DNA from: Octopus sinensis
Lineage: Eukaryota
DNA: 24,289 bases
Assembly (NCBI RefSeq): GCF_006345805.1
Contig: NW_021836448.1
Span: 1 to 24,289, forward strand
Direction: 5' to 3'
The notes below the pieces were generated by a model. It did no database searches. It was not told where the DNA came from and was given only the letters and a program-made list of their open reading frames with translations. Shown in pieces: positions 22,383 to 24,289 of this stretch. The position numbers were made by a program, and so were the translations under genes. The number at the start of each line of letters is the position of its first letter. The stretch's first letter is position 1.

Positions 22383-22558
22383 TGTGTGTGTGTCTGTGCG
22401 AGTGTGTGTGTGTGGGTATATATGTGTGCGTGTATGTATATATGTGTGTGCGTGTGTGTATGTATATATGTGTGTGTGAGTGTTTGTATATATATATATG
22501 TGTGTGTGCGTATGTATAAATGTGTGTGTGTGTATGTATATATATGTGTGTGTGTATG

Positions 22559-22597
<39 letters not shown>

Positions 22598-22722
22598 ATG
22601 TGTGTGTGCGTGCGTGCGTGTGGATCTATATATATGTGCGAGTGTGTATATATATATGTGTGTGTACGCGAGTGTGTGCGTGTATATGTATATGTGTGTG
22701 AGTGTGTGTGTATGTGTGTATG

Positions 22723-22753
<31 letters not shown>

Positions 22754-22996
22754 GTTTAGGTGTTTTTGTGTGCGTGTCTGTGCTTTTCTATGTGTATATA
22801 TATGTGTGTGTATGTATATGAACATATATGTATATGTGTATGTGTGCGCGCACATGAATATTTATAAATATATATGTTTATATATGTGTGTGTGTGTGTG
22901 TGTGTGTCTGTGTGTCTGTATGTGTGTGCATGTACATATGTGTGTATGTGTACATGTACGTATTAGCGGGCGTGCGTGTGTGTGTGTGTGTGTGTA
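22383..22996. repeat. (TG)n/(TA)n compound microsatellite
   Basis: Read directly. Confidence 0.95.
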
Positions 22997-23354
22997 ATTA
23001 TGCAAGTGTATGTGCAGGAACGTAGACGAGTATTCGGCTGAAACACGTATCTCTTTCTATGGAAGCCTATTTGGGATTTAATTCTTTCCCCCCCCTTTTT
23101 TTATGTTCCTTACAATGTTTGCGAGGCCGAATCAATATTTGCATTGAATTAAGAATTACACGATCAACTGATCATATGCGGACGTACAGCACACACACAC
23201 ACTCACGCACACACACAAACACACACACACACACACACACATATAGTCATCAAGATACACACACACACGCACGCATGCGTAAACATACGCACGCGCACGC
23301 ATATACACCTATAGATATATATTTGTATGTGCATAGATATGCGTATATACACTT

Positions 23355-23730
23355 TTACTCTTTCGCTTGTTTCAGTCATTTGAGTGCGGCCGTGCTGGAG
23401 CACCGCCTTTGGTCGAATAAATCGCCCCAGGTCTTACTCTTTGCAAGCTTAGAACTTATTCCATCGGACGCTGTTTGTCGAACCGCTAAGTGACGGGGAC
23501 GTAAACAAACCAACATCGGTTGTCAAGCGACGATAGGGGACAAGCACAGACATAAACAACAAACACATACATAATACACGCGCGCGCGGCACTCACACAC
23601 ACACACACATATACACACAACAGGCTTCTTTCAGTTTCGCTCTACCAAATCCATTCACAAGGCTTTTTGGTCGGCCCGAGACTATATTGAAGACACTGGC
23701 CCAAGGTACCACGCAGTGAGAACGAACCCG
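23355..23730 (-). mobile_element. tRNA-derived SINE with internal (CA)n tract (same family as 13596-14015), 5'-truncated
   Basis: Tail cttgtttcagtcatttgagtgcggccgtgctggagcaccgcc and body ttcagtttcgctctaccaaatccattcacaaggctttttggtcggcccgagactata are reverse complements of the 13596 copy. Confidence 0.9.
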
Positions 23731-23916
23731 TATATGTGTGTGTGTGTGTGTATACATACACACACATGTGTATGTATATGTATCTATATATATGTGTATT
23801 TTCACACACACACACACATATTATATACATACATATGTAAATAGTTCAATATATCTTTATGTTTATCTACATAAATAAAAGCTTATGTGAACGAAAAAGC
23901 TACACGTATCTCTTTC

Positions 23917-24003
<87 letters not shown>

Positions 24004-24004
24004 G

Positions 24005-24072
<68 letters not shown>

Positions 24073-24084
24073 CCTACCTATATC

Positions 24085-24110
<26 letters not shown>
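23917..24110. repeat. (TATC)n then (TA)n
   Basis: Read directly. Confidence 0.98.
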
Positions 24111-24115
<5 letters not shown>

Positions 24116-24289
24116 TTGCGTGTGTGTGTGATCTGCGTGTTTAATTTTTTGTTCTCCGCACATCTGTATGTGTGCGGCTGCAGGCATGCGCGTGTGTGAG
24201 TCTATTTGCGTCCATTTTTATCAACATGAAATAAATAGGCCTTTAAAGTTATTCCAATCTACATTCTTTCTCCCCACTCGATATACTAT

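Overview
This is animal non-coding DNA, made almost entirely of microsatellites and decayed transposable elements. The repeat spectrum (tRNA-derived SINEs with internal microsatellites, mariner and maT relics, very dense simple repeats) suggests an octopus or other coleoid cephalopod; that is an inference from recalled repeat families, not a database match. I found no intact host gene, RNA gene or CRISPR array, and nearly all listed ORFs are translations of simple repeats. Recognisable relics are three clear mariner pieces (plus one doubtful one), two maT/DD37D pieces, a long R4/Dong-like LINE (~15230-17257), short CR1-like and RTE-like fragments, and many SINE copies, two of them nested in another SINE. 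The most striking structure is an ~810-bp foldback at 16110-16922, with ~340-bp arms ~94% identical and the inner 71 bp perfect. It interrupts the LINE at its endonuclease motif and runs into a single pogo-type end. Also notable are an in-frame maT::mariner junction at ~4590, a 41-bp near-identical repeat 6.9 kb apart, and hammerhead-like motifs at ~1370-1450. I cannot support a new protein-coding system here.
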